DNA of 25,860 nucleotides from Octopus sinensis (GCF_006345805.1 NW_021836003.1:1-25860); one strand, 5' to 3'; numbered from the stretch's first letter, positions 11,701 through 22,289 are shown. The notes: a model not told the origin generated them from the sequence alone. Translations and numbers: made by a program.

Positions 11701-11773
11701 CAGAAATGAGTACGTTTCATGTGTTACGCATCATATGTCCATTCTAATAATATCTGTCTACATTTTTCGATAG

Positions 11774-11966
11774 GAAAGCAAGATGAGAAGAACTAACGCA
11801 ACGGACAAATCTTCATCGTCATTTTCATCTTCATCGTTCCCATCATCATCATCATCGGCGCTCGAGAGTTCAACCTCACCATCCGCAGATAGCATCATTC
11901 CTAAGATCTTCACGGCAGCCCCTCCAACCACACTAGTTTCCCCCCGAGACACAATGTTAACCTACG
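11774..11966 (+). CDS. Coding exon 2 (ESKMRRTNATDKSSSS...RDTMLTY), Ser-rich
   Basis: Acceptor tag at 11773 (phase 0), donor G|gtaagt at 11967 (phase 1), open frame. Confidence 0.85.
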
Positions 11967-12135
11967 GTAAGTCTATCAAAACCATTCACCATTAAAAACA
12001 CAATCTCGAACATGCAACCTGCAACCCCTCTTCACATTTTCCCCTTAAAAATATATATACCTATCGGAAATTTAAGTCTTTTATCTTCAAAAGTTTTGCT
12101 CCTTCTTAGACTAAAGATGAAAATAATCCTTTCTA

Positions 12136-12619
12136 TTGGGTTGTCCGGAAAGTTCATGCCAATTTATAGTAGCTTACCTTTCGACTTATTTTAGAACATG
12201 GTTGAATCCATAAAATAGGATTTGACTACACCTCCATTTAGAGCACAGTTTAAGCTATCTTTTCGTGGAAGAAGGTTTATGTTCCTATAACCTGTGTTAA
12301 TTCTGTAACCCTTTAAAATGGAAGATAAGAAAGTTCATTTTCGGCACTTAATGCTTTGGGAACCAGACAAAAATTGCTGCAGCTCGGTTGGGATGTGTTA
12401 CCCTACCCTCCATATTCACCAGATATTGTTCCTTCGGATTTCCATTTATTCGGGTCTCTGCAGAATAGTCTTAATGGTAAAAATTTCAATTCCTTGGATG
12501 ACGTAAAAAGGTCCCTTGATGAATTCTTTGCCATGAAAACACCTCAGTTCTGGGAAGTGGGTATTTTCAAGTCAAAGGCAAGATGGAGACGCATTATGCA
12601 ACAAAATGGTTCATATTAA
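12136..12619 (+). mobile_element. Internally deleted mariner transposon relic
   Basis: TA plus TIR-like TTGGGTTGTCCGGAAAGTT; N-terminal MEDKKVHFRHLML fused out of frame to C-terminal LGWDVLPYPPYSPDIVPSDFHLF (YSPDLAPSD motif). Confidence 0.9.
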
Positions 12620-12866
12620 AGAGTTAAGGCTTGACACACTTCTGACTTAATACAAAGCCGCAATGCATGACTGTATTAGATTAAATGGCAACAAGATTTT
12701 GCAGCCTACATTTCCTGTGTATCAACATTAACACTCTCAGAAGTTTATGGCTTAAACGTTCAACATTTAATTTCAAGTTCTAAGTTCCGTAAGCAGTTTA
12801 TGTTACATGTTCTGTTATAGTTTTGAATTTTGATTTTCATGGCAGTAATTTTACTTCTATGTTCAG

Positions 12867-13993
12867 GCATGTTTCAAGAAGACGAAGACAGATACGATGA
12901 AGAAGAAAGTAAAACCTTCAAATTGCAAGACCCTCCCAAGAGAAAAGCAAAAACTTTTACCAAACCACTCGACATGAAAGATGAGTTTGATTGCTCCCCT
13001 CAAAAATCGTCACAGGACGGTACCTCGTCCAGCCCTTCACGGGCCAAAAGCCAGACGTCCATAACTCAATACATGATACGTACTTCACCTCAACATGGAG
13101 CACGTCTAAGAAGCAAATCCTGTCAATCCCCTTTACCTCATTCCCCTTATACGATACTGGCTCAATCGCCTTGCACTCCGTCGAAATGTGCGAAAAGCAA
13201 CGATGGCGGAAACTTCTTCTTTTCAGATCTGCCTACGGGAGAATTGAACACGGCTGTCTTTTCCCACGACAAAAGAAACAGAAAACGTCCGGTCGATATG
13301 AGTTCCATGAACGACAAGGAAATTGTGGAAAATTTCACAGATCTCAATATGGCGTCACCTCCTCCAATAACCGTGGATAAACTACCGGCCAGAGAAAGGT
13401 GTCGATCATCGCAAGACGACTCAGATTATTACACTATGGCGAACAAATCGTCTGCAGTTACTCCGCCATCACCTCGTTTAGTGAAGAGTGCCTGCGAACG
13501 TAGACAAAAGACTGCAGAATCGCCGGTCTATAAAGACTGCTTCAGGAGGACATCATGCAGATGCTACGAGGAGAATACTTCCGGCGGATATAGCAATCGT
13601 AGCTTCTGCAAGCAGGCGAATATATTAGAAGAGGAGTCGATATTATGTCCAACAGAGAGGAGCGTTTTTCATGGACACGAAAGCTCACAGGAATCTCGTC
13701 AACAAAATATGAGGTTTGATCAAAGGCCATGTCCAACAGCGGTATTTGGTCATTCCCTATCGGGGTTAGTTCCAGTTGATTATATACACGATCCAGAACA
13801 TCCTATCCCTGATGAGTTCCCTTACGAATCCACTTTCGTGCCCTCCTACGACAAGAAGGGAATATACAGAAAGGACGAGATGTACAACAGAATTCAAGCG
13901 TTGAAGGAGGACAGCGACGCTGGTAAAGTCATGTTTAGACGTTGGTCGAATAAAGACGTCACCCGAAATCGATCGTGCGATAACCAACTCTGG
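12867..13993 (+). CDS. Coding exon 3 (GMFQEDEDRY...SCDNQLW)
   Basis: 1127-nt open, non-repetitive frame; acceptor ttcag at 12866 (phase 1), donor TGG|gtaagc (phase 0). Confidence 0.9.
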
Positions 13994-14147
13994 GTAAGCA
14001 AATACTTTGTCTTTCTGGAGTTTTTTGTTTTGTTTTGTTTTGCTTTGTTTTATCGAAATTACGAGAATTTTTTTATGCAACAAAGATTAATGCCCTCTAA
14101 ATAGCATTTGAAATGCGGAGACTATGCAAATGCGCGCAAACCCACCA

Positions 14148-14475
14148 TGTGTGTGTGTGTGTGTGTGTGTGTCTGTGTGTGTGCGTGCGTGTGTGTGTGT
14201 GTGTGTCTGTCTGTGTGTGTGTGTGTGTGTGTTTGTGTGTGCGTCTCTGTGTGTGTGTGTGTCTGTCTGTGTGAGTGTGTGTGAGTGTCTGTGAGTGTGT
14301 GTGTGTGTGAGTGTGTGTGTGAGTGTGTGTGTGTGTGTGTCTGTGAGTGTGTGTGTGTGTGTGTATGTGTGTGTGTGTGTGTCTGTGTCTGTGTCTGTGT
14401 CTGTGTCTGTGTGAATGTGAGTGTGTCTGTGAGTGTGTGTGTGTGTGTGTGTGAGTGTGTGTGTGAGTGTGTATG
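14148..14475. repeat. (TG)n compound microsatellite
   Basis: Direct inspection. Confidence 0.95.
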
Positions 14476-14944
14476 TCTTAGGTATTACTTGATACAGCAT
14501 CTGATCGTGGGACCCCGGTTGAGGAGTTCCGGAATTTTGATGTGTATGGAACCACCTCTTTGACAGTAGTATTGTTCCAAGGTCTACGCTGACCCAAAGT
14601 GGCAGCACCTGTCAGGGTCCCAGCTTTCGGTTAAATGACATGGGAATCAAGGACCTCTAGTTCTCGTTAGAACTTCCTTCTGGGAGAAGGGAAAACCCTA
14701 TAGATATAAATAAATAACAAACATAAAGTGCAGTTGGTTTCTGGTCACCTCAATCTTAGTTGTGCCCACAAGCGTAGCTGTGGTGGAGGCCGGTAGGGGT
14801 GGTCCGTCCCGGGCAGAACTTTTAAAGAGGCACGAGTTTGGGGTCTGCTGTATGTAATATGTGTTTTTAGTGAGGTCCACGGGCGGCAAACGGAAAGGCC
14901 ACTCCGGGAGGCACACTAGCTACGCGAGTGGTTGCGTCACTGTC

Positions 14945-15188
14945 GAGGCGCGTGGCTTAGTGCTTAGGGTGTTGGATTCATGATCGTAAAATTGTGGTTT
15001 CGATACCTGACCCGGGTGACGAGTTGTGTTCTTGAGCAAAACACTTCATTTCACATTGTTCCAGTCCACTCAATTGGCAAAAATGAGTTATCCTGCGACG
15101 GACCAGCGTCCCGTCCAGGTGGGGGATATATACACCACGAAACCAAGAAACCGGCCCTTATGAACCGATATGGCTCGAGTAGGTAACT
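14945..15188 (+). mobile_element. tRNA-derived SINE family C (CORE-like middle; CTGCGACGGAC..CGTCCCGTCCA tail)
   Basis: A/B boxes TGGCTTAGTGC and GGTTTCGATACC, CTTGAGCAAAACACTT, tail shared with 15790-15885. Confidence 0.7.
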
Positions 15189-15371
15189 ATTTTTATAATT
15201 GTGCCGCTGATGTTAAAGCCGATTGCGCCTAAAAGTGGGTTCAGTGTTGGACAATATTTCATCCGCTTAAAACAATTTCCCGGAGAGGACCTTCTTGCGC
15301 TCAGGGAACATTTGCTTGCACATGCTGCGGTTAAAAAGTAGTCTTACCCACCTCATGAATTGACTTCCGTC

Positions 15372-15406
15372 ATGCATGCATGCGTGTATGTATGTATGTA
15401 TGTATG

Positions 15407-15438
<32 letters not shown>

Positions 15439-15582
15439 CATGCATGTATGTATGTATGTATGTATGTATGTATGTATGTATGTATGTATGTATCTATCTA
15501 TGTATGTATGTATGTATGTATGTATCTATGTATGTATGTATGTATGTATGTATGTATGTATGTATGTATGTATGTATGTATG
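15372..15582. repeat. (TATG)n microsatellite
   Basis: Direct inspection. Confidence 0.95.
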
Positions 15583-15589
15583 ATATAGT

Positions 15590-15885
15590 GGAGGCACATG
15601 GCCTAGTGGTTAGAGTAGCGGACTCGCGGTCGAGGGATCGCGGGTTCGAATCTCAGACTGGGCGATGTGTGTGTTTATGAGCGAAGCACCTAAGCTCCAC
15701 GCAGCTCCGGCAGAAGGTAATGCCGAACTTCTGCTGACTCTTTCGCCACAAACTTTCTCTCACTCTTTCCTCCTGCATCTAGTAGCTCACTTGCGACGGA
15801 CTGGCGTCCCGTCCAAGTAGGGAACCTATACGCCAAGAAACCGGGAAACCGGACCTTATGAGCCAGGCATGGTTCGAGAAGGAAC
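15590..15885 (+). mobile_element. tRNA-derived SINE family B with alternative tail
   Basis: TGGCCTAGTGGTTAGAG..GGACTCGCGGTC..GGTTCGAATCTC head. Confidence 0.8.
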
Positions 15886-15889
15886 GTAT

Positions 15890-16315
15890 GATATATGATG
15901 TTTGAGTTTAGTTTAAGTTCCTTTTGAGAGAGCTCAAGCCAGCTGCTAACAAAGGGACAAGACTTTGAGAGTTAAGAGAGTTCCCCGTGTTTGTAGATAA
16001 GTGGTTGAGCTGGTGTCGTCTGTCGGTGGTTGAACTGTCGATACATATGCCCACGTGTGTGCATTTATTCGCTTAAAAATCTCAGATGGACAATGCTTGG
16101 AAAGCCTTACAGATCTTCACTGTGCCACTAATAGACTTGATTTGAAGAATCTGCATCAGTTTCTTTTGCCCTTTTTCTGTGAAACCAAGTGTTTCTAGAA
16201 TTTTGTGAAAATTTATTGGTACATAACCTAATGTACCAGTGATGAGTGGTACAAATGAAAATTCATTGCCAGGGTACAAGAGTTTTAAGTTCCGCATTAA
16301 TTCGCCATTAATGTT
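15890..16315 (-). mobile_element. 5'-truncated RLE-type non-LTR retrotransposon (R4/Dong-like), ORF end plus 3' UTR
   Basis: GELMRNLKLLYP..FSFVPLITGTLGYVP..LETLGF resembles the VPIVIGALG segment after the restriction-like endonuclease; bounded by TATG repeats. Confidence 0.65.
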
Positions 16316-16366
16316 ACGTATGTATGTATGTATGTATGTATGTATGTATGTATGTATGTATGTATG

Positions 16367-16920
16367 TTAGGTCACTTTCGAGTGCTACTGGTAACATGTA
16401 ACCCAGTACAAACTGTTGCATGGTCGGGTCGTCGGCGACTAAACCGGCAACCCCACCAAGCTTGTTTGGTGAGGAGGGTGTTTATTGGACACCCTGCGGG
16501 ATGAAAAACAAAACCCGTCAAAGGGCGGAGGAACTCTTGAGAGTCAACGGCCATCCAATAAATGTCTTAAGGCTGTATCATGCGCGGGGACATAGAAATA
16601 ATCGGACTGAATACCCGATCGCGCGGTTAAACCATTGGGAGTGAAGGACTCCTAGCCTTTGTTAGGGCATCCTTCTAGGAGATGGTAACTCAGGTAACTG
16701 GGATAACTCCGACATAAAACCTGCGGCTCAGGGGTTACCGATGATGTTGACTTGTTCTTCTTTTCGGATTATGGCTGCTGTTGCTTAGTGAGTGGGATTG
16801 ACTCAGTGCACAGCCTTTCCTCACTTTAAAAAAAATCTTCTTGCACAGGCATTGCACGATAACAACATTGATTAAGCTTCGTGCAATGGCCATACTCGAT
16901 AACGAGGGGGCAGCCACCAA
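16367..16920 (+). mobile_element. About 550-bp non-coding retroelement, probably a bipartite RTE derivative, followed by (TATG)n
   Basis: Second copy at 1-373; GGGCATCCTTCTAGGAGA resembles RTE 5' UTR words as I recall them (not verified); 3' hairpin CTCGATAACGAG before the microsatellite. Confidence 0.5.
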
Positions 16921-17487
16921 ATATGTATGTATATATGTATGTATGTATGTATGTACGTACGTACGTATGTATGAATGTATGTAGGTATGTACGTACGTAC
17001 GTATGTATGTACATACGTATGTATGTATGTACGTACGTACGTATGTATGTATGTATGTATGTATGTATGTACGTACGTACGTATGTATGTACGTACGTAC
17101 GTACGTACGTATGTATGCATGTATGTATGTATGTATGCATGCATGTATGTATGTATGCATGTACGTACGTATGTATGTATGTATGTTTGTATGTATGTAT
17201 GTATGTATGTATATATGTATGTATGTATGTATGTATCTATGTATGTATGCATGTATGTATGTATGTACGTATGTATGTATGTATGTACGTACGTATGTAT
17301 GTATGTATGTATGTACGTACATACGTATGTACGCATGTATGTATGTATGTACGTACGTACGTATGTATGTATGTATGTATGTATGTACGTACGTATGTAC
17401 GCATGTACGTACGTATGTATGTATGTATGTATGTATGTATGTATGTATGTATGTATGTATGTATGTATGTATGTATGTGTATGTATT
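16921..17487. repeat. (TATG)n/(TACG)n compound microsatellite
   Basis: Direct inspection. Confidence 0.95.
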
Positions 17488-17531
17488 TATCAGTCTACCT
17501 ATTTCTAATTTCATATTGTTTCCCTTCTCAG

Positions 17532-18198
17532 GATTCCGATCTCCTACCATCGCCTCCATCTCACAACGAGGTCGTCCATTCGCCGACCATGTTGCCACCG
17601 CTGCCACCGTCGCCGTTTAACCTCCACCACACAACGCCCAAAATTTCCCATCTGACGTCACGACACGCCAGCACTTACATTTCTCCAGTCTCGAAGATAT
17701 CGCCCGCCGGGCATGCGCAGTCGTACCGCCCTTCTACATCAACCGGCGACCTTTGCCTCGACCGTAGCAGTCAGCCATCGGAAGTACGATTCGAAGAAGG
17801 ACCTGGAAATTCCTCGCATCCACATGAATATCTGGCAACACCTCTTGAAAGTCCGTCGCGGATACGTCGGAAACAGCCTCAACTAATACCTTCCCCCAGC
17901 AATCCGTTCATCTTTCCCAGCCAGCAGCAGCAGCAGAAGCCGAAGCAGCAGCAGTATGATACGAGTCATTCTACACCAGTCAAGTCTCCGGCTCCGCCAT
18001 CGCAGGTCCCATCGTCGCACTCACCCGCCAGTTTCCATCAGTCTCCTTGTCATATCGGCTGTCAGCATCGAGGGTCGCCGTCTTCGTACGGCTGGGCACC
18101 CGGTGATCTGCCGTGCCATCAATCGCGAGTTCACGACTGCGCAGATCGCCAGCGCAACGGAGTGGCGAAAAGGCGGTTGTTTTGCAGACAGTCGGAAG
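17532..18198 (+). CDS. Coding exon 4 (DSDLLPSPP...AKRRLFCRQSE), Pro/Ser/Gln-rich
   Basis: Acceptor ttctcag at 17531 (phase 0), donor AAG|gtacag at 18199 (phase 1), GC-richer open frame. Confidence 0.85.
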
Positions 18199-18479
18199 GT
18201 ACAGTCGGTTTTCCAACGTAGCATGTATATGTACGTGTGTGTGTCTGTGTGTGTATGTGTGTGTACGTGTGTGTGTGTGACAGACAAACAGACAGACGGA
18301 TAGCAAATACAAAGAAAGGGAGAGAAATTATATACTTGGGTGTCTTTACATACAGATGTATTTGTCTGTTAGTATCACTATGCCTCTTCATATTACGTCT
18401 GCACAGACTTGTCTATATGTATGTGTATGCATATAAATATAATACCTACACTTATATACACACACTCATATATATATAT

Positions 18480-19242
18480 GGCGCAGGAGTGGCTGTGTGG
18501 TAAGTAGCTTGCTAACCAACCACATGGTTCCGGGTTCAGTCCCACTGCGTGGCATCTTGGGCAAGTGTCTTCTGCTAAAGCCCCGGGCCGACCAAAGCCT
18601 TGTGAGTGGATTCGGTAGACGGAAACTGAAAGAAGCCCATCATATATATATATGGCGCAGGAGTGGCTGTGTGGTAAGTAGCTTGCTAACCAACCACATG
18701 GTTCCGGGTTCAGTCCCACTGCGTGGCATCTTGGGCAAGTGTCTTCTGCTAAAGCCCCGGGCCGACCAAAGCCTTGTGAGTGGATTTGGTAGACGGAAAC
18801 TGAAAGAAGCCCATCATATATATATATGGCGCAGGAGTGGCTGTGTGGTAAGTAGCTTGCTAACCAACCACATGGTTCCGGGTTCAGTCCCACTGCGTGG
18901 CATCTTGGGCAAGTGTCTTCTGCTAAAGCCCCGGGCCGACCAAAGCCTTGTGAGTGGATTTGGTAGACGGAAACTGAAATAAGAGTGTCGTATATATGTA
19001 TATATATACATATATATATATGTGTGTGTGTGTGTGTGTTTGTGTTTCTGTGTTTGTCCCCCTAGCATTACTTGACAACCAATGCTGGTGTGTTTACGTC
19101 TCCGTAACTTAGCGGTTCGGCAAAAGAGACCGATAGAATAAGTACTAGGCTTACAAAGAATAAGTCCTGGGGTCGATTTGCTCGACTAAAGGCGGTGTTC
19201 CAGCATGGCCGCAGTCAAATGACTGAAGCAAGTAAAAGAGTA
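18480..19242 (+). mobile_element. SINE family A with triplicated 174-bp head
   Basis: Heads start at 18480, 18654 and 18828; single tail. Confidence 0.9.
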
Positions 19243-19347
19243 TATATATAATGTGCACTAACCTTATTCTCGTTTTCCATGTTTTTTCTTTTATTTCCTC
19301 ACTGTCCAGCGTCTTGTTTGTTTGTTTGTTTTTTAACATATATAACA

Positions 19348-19750
19348 CTAGCAGTATCGCCCGGCGTTGCTCGGGTTTGTAAGGGAAATAACTATATAAG
19401 CATTTTTAGAGAGTTATAGCCAAAAAATAGCAAAAAAAGCATTAAAAATGGAAAAAAAATTATGGTAATAAATTTTTAAATCGTTGACTCGTCGTAGACA
19501 TTTTTAGAGAGTTACTTCCCTTATATAATAGCGAAAAAAATGCATTGAAATGGAAAAAAATGATGATAAATTTTTTTTAAATCGTAGACTCATCGTAGAC
19601 GCGCGCGCTAATACCCAGAAGAGCTCGATATGAATCACGACTATAAGATACCCGGTTTTGGTTAAACTGCACCGCAAAATGTGGGAGTAGTTAGGAATCT
19701 AAATCGTAGGAGACAGACACACAACCTTGCTTTTATATATATATATAACA
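19348..19750 (-). mobile_element. Non-autonomous Helitron H1 with an internal duplication of about 100 bp
   Basis: Same CTAG/hairpin end as 1305-1610; CATTTTTAGAGAGTTA..AAATCGT.GACTC.TCGTAGAC occurs twice. Confidence 0.8.
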
Positions 19751-19959
19751 TAAACAGAGCCTGAAAGATTAATTTAAGTTACATGGCGTACTTTATAAAT
19801 ATGCTTATTCAAATATCATAAAACCATAAAACAATTAGTAACTCTTTGGGTTGTGTATTAAATAGATGTGTATGTGTGTTTTCTCTGCGCGTATGTGCGT
19901 GTCTGTACATCGCTAGCCGCTACACACATTTTTTTCTCTCCTTGTTTTTTTCTGTGTCC

Positions 19960-19995
19960 CTTTCTGTAGAAGAGCGTAGGCTCGAAACGTAAAAG
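19960..19995 (+). ncRNA. Hammerhead-like motif with variant core in a PLE-type fragment (about 19865-20095)
   Basis: CTTT-CTGTAGA-A-GAGC-GTAG-GCTC-GAAA-CG-TA-AAAG; A6 replaced by U. Confidence 0.6.
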
Positions 19996-20151
19996 ACTTT
20001 TTTCAATTCCTGAGCGTTATACTAATACATGTTTGCTTTGTACACCACCTGTCTTCGTCTTTTGTGCTTTTCTTTTCGTAAACTCTCCCTATGTATATAA
20101 TACTTGATATCAGCTAAAAGTAGTACCTTGCTTTTTTCTCCCCCTGATCAG

Positions 20152-20469
20152 AAACAAAACACAGCTCCACTGACGGCGAAGCGAGCCACTGCTGTCATCA
20201 TTTCCCTGATGACCATCGTTTACTCTACCCAGAATCCCCATCATCATCATCCTCTTCCGGCAGCCAACACCGTAGATCTCATTACGAAAGCAGCGACGCT
20301 CACTTCACATTTAGCGGTAGATCACCGTCTTCGCAGCTCCAAGGCCCACCATTGCCGCCTTGCAACTGTTGTACAGGAAGGTGCAGCGTGTCACATCATC
20401 CCAACAGTCGTTGTTGTCTACAGCGTTATCATTCAACTTCTGCTGCCTATTCACAGGATGACACTTACA
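20152..20469 (+). CDS. Coding exon 5 (ETKHSSTDGEASHCCHH...PPCNCCTGRC...YSQDDTY); frame differs from the listed 20104 ORF
   Basis: Acceptor ttttttctcccc..cag at 20151; phase-1 frame open throughout; donor A|gtaagt at 20470. Confidence 0.85.
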
Positions 20470-20768
20470 GTAAGTAACCAATATATCTTTCCTTCTTCCG
20501 ATACCAAATCATCTTAGATTGTATCTTCAGCCTCTGCTACGCAAAACTGTACATTTTAAAATCATCGTGCTTGAATTTTATCCTTCCTTCATAATTTTAA
20601 GAGCCTAATGAAGTTGAAACTGCATAGTGAGTATATATGAGGAGTTATTTATATTAAAATTAATACACTTCACCGGTTTCACATGCGTGTGATTTTCAAA
20701 AGTGTAAATTTTGAAAATCAACCGATTATGAAACCGATTAAGAGTATTAATTACATTATAAATAAATA

Positions 20769-20883
20769 GGTGCAGGCATGGGTGTGTGGTAAAAAGCTTG
20801 CTATCCAACCACTTAGTTCCATATTCAGTCCCACTGCGTGGCACCTTGGGCAAGTGTCTTTCCCTATAGCCTCGGCCCGACCA
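20769..20883 (+). mobile_element. SINE family A head only, diverged
   Basis: Homology to the family A head. Confidence 0.75.
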
Positions 20884-21030
20884 GCACCCCTCGTGTATAT
20901 ATATATATATATTAGAAGGTTTGGAGGTGATGTATAGGTATTATATATTAGAAGAAATATGGTATTCAGAAATCTGGATGGTTTTATATTTACAGATTTT
21001 TATTAATACGTCACATGTTTTTATAAATCA

Positions 21031-21073
21031 TTTATTAGCGCTTGCATCTATTCTAGTAGAATCTTCAGATTTG
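21031..21073 (-). ncRNA. Degenerate hammerhead motif in a PLE-type fragment (about 20912-21075) between (TA)n tracts
   Basis: Minus: CAAAT-CTGAAGA-T-TCTA-CTAGAA-TAGA-T-GCAA-GCGC-TA-ATAAA; GAAA altered to GCAA, weak stem I. Confidence 0.45.
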
Positions 21074-21269
21074 AATATATATATATATATAAAATAAATA
21101 AATATATATATATATATATGTACACGCATATATACTTACACACATATATATACACACACACATGCACACACACGTATGATTATACACACATATGCACACC
21201 CATATTGGCAGTATTAATTTCTTGTCACATTTGCGAACGCCACTGTATTATTTTCTCTTTTCATTGCAG

Positions 21270-21277
21270 ATATATGA
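21270..21277 (+). CDS. Probable terminal coding exon (N-I-stop) followed by 3' UTR
   Basis: Strong acceptor ttttctcttttcattgcag at 21269; phase 1 gives A|AT ATA TGA; a nearby AG at 21280 would give a longer C-terminus. Confidence 0.5.
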
Positions 21278-21334
21278 CAGAGAAGGAACCGAAAAGGGAT
21301 TTTCCCCTAATAACTTATGAGGATCTCGTTGGGC

Positions 21335-21618
21335 AGCTGAGCTGGAATTATCTGGGAGTAATGGGGTAAACTCGAGAGGTAACTGGGTTTAACTGGAATT
21401 CACTGGTCTCGACTTGTTAGCTAGGTTTGTATGGGGTTAGTTGGGGTGACCTGGAGACAATTGGGGCTCACCAGTGATAAATTAAGTTAAATAAGGTTAA
21501 CTGGATTACCCGAGTAAAATGAATATATATGAGGTTACGTGGATTCGACTGAGGTTAACTGGTGTGAACTGAGGTCAACTGAGGTCAACTGAGGTCATTG
21601 AGGTAATGGGTTTCACTG
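21335..21618. repeat. Degenerate 10-bp minisatellite (approximate consensus AACTGRGGTY)
   Basis: Periodic CTGG/CTGAGGT words; exact GAGGTCAACT units at 21571-21597. Confidence 0.65.
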
Positions 21619-21839
21619 TCCAAGCCACCATACAAGAAATATCTAATATTCAGGGCCGGGGTGGACAAATCAGTGACGTTTGAACAGCAGACATATAGTA
21701 TAAGTATGTGTATGTGTGAGTCTGCGTGTGTGTGTATGTTTCTGTGTGTGTGTGCCCGTGTATGTGTGTGTACCTGTGTGTGTGTGTGTGTGTTACCTGG
21801 AGCTGAACATCCGAACGATTAAAAAGGTTTTTCTCATTC

Positions 21840-21877
<38 letters not shown>

Positions 21878-21985
21878 TATATACCGGAGTAAGCACTTAA
21901 ATGTGAATCTAGGGGGAAAAAAAGAGTACTCAAATACCAGAGGTAGAGTAATATGCTTTATTTAAAAGCAGCAGAAATATAACAA

Positions 21986-22026
21986 AAGCTGTTACTCGGA
22001 GATTCACGTTCCCGTTCGTCGGACAG

Positions 22027-22029
<3 letters not shown>
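21986..22029 (-). ncRNA. Hammerhead motif with CCGACGA core in a PLE-type fragment (21884-22030)
   Basis: Minus: AAGCTGT-CCGACGA-ACG-GGAA-CGT-GAAT-CTCCGAG-TA-ACAGCTT; 7-bp stem I. Confidence 0.65.
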
Positions 22030-22114
<85 letters not shown>

Positions 22115-22162
22115 GATGTATATATAATATATATGTATATATATATATATAATATATATATA

Positions 22163-22219
<57 letters not shown>

Positions 22220-22289
22220 CATATATACACACACACGTATATATATATGCACACAAACATATATATATACACACACGTACATATAAACC

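Noticed and set aside
12830-14104. 424-aa single-exon protein with signal peptide and C-terminal TM segment
   Set aside because: Both hydrophobic ends are intronic T-rich sequence outside the splice sites at 12867 and 13993
14490-14940. GC-richer intronic stretch, possibly an extra exon or old repeat
   Set aside because: Exons 3 and 4 join in phase without it; no second copy in the window to confirm a repeat
16735-17620. Long overlapping YIHT/MYVC ORFs
   Set aside because: Stop-free (TATG)n microsatellite
20104-20517. 137-aa ORF in the listed frame
   Set aside because: Splice phase from exon 4 selects a different, also open, frame
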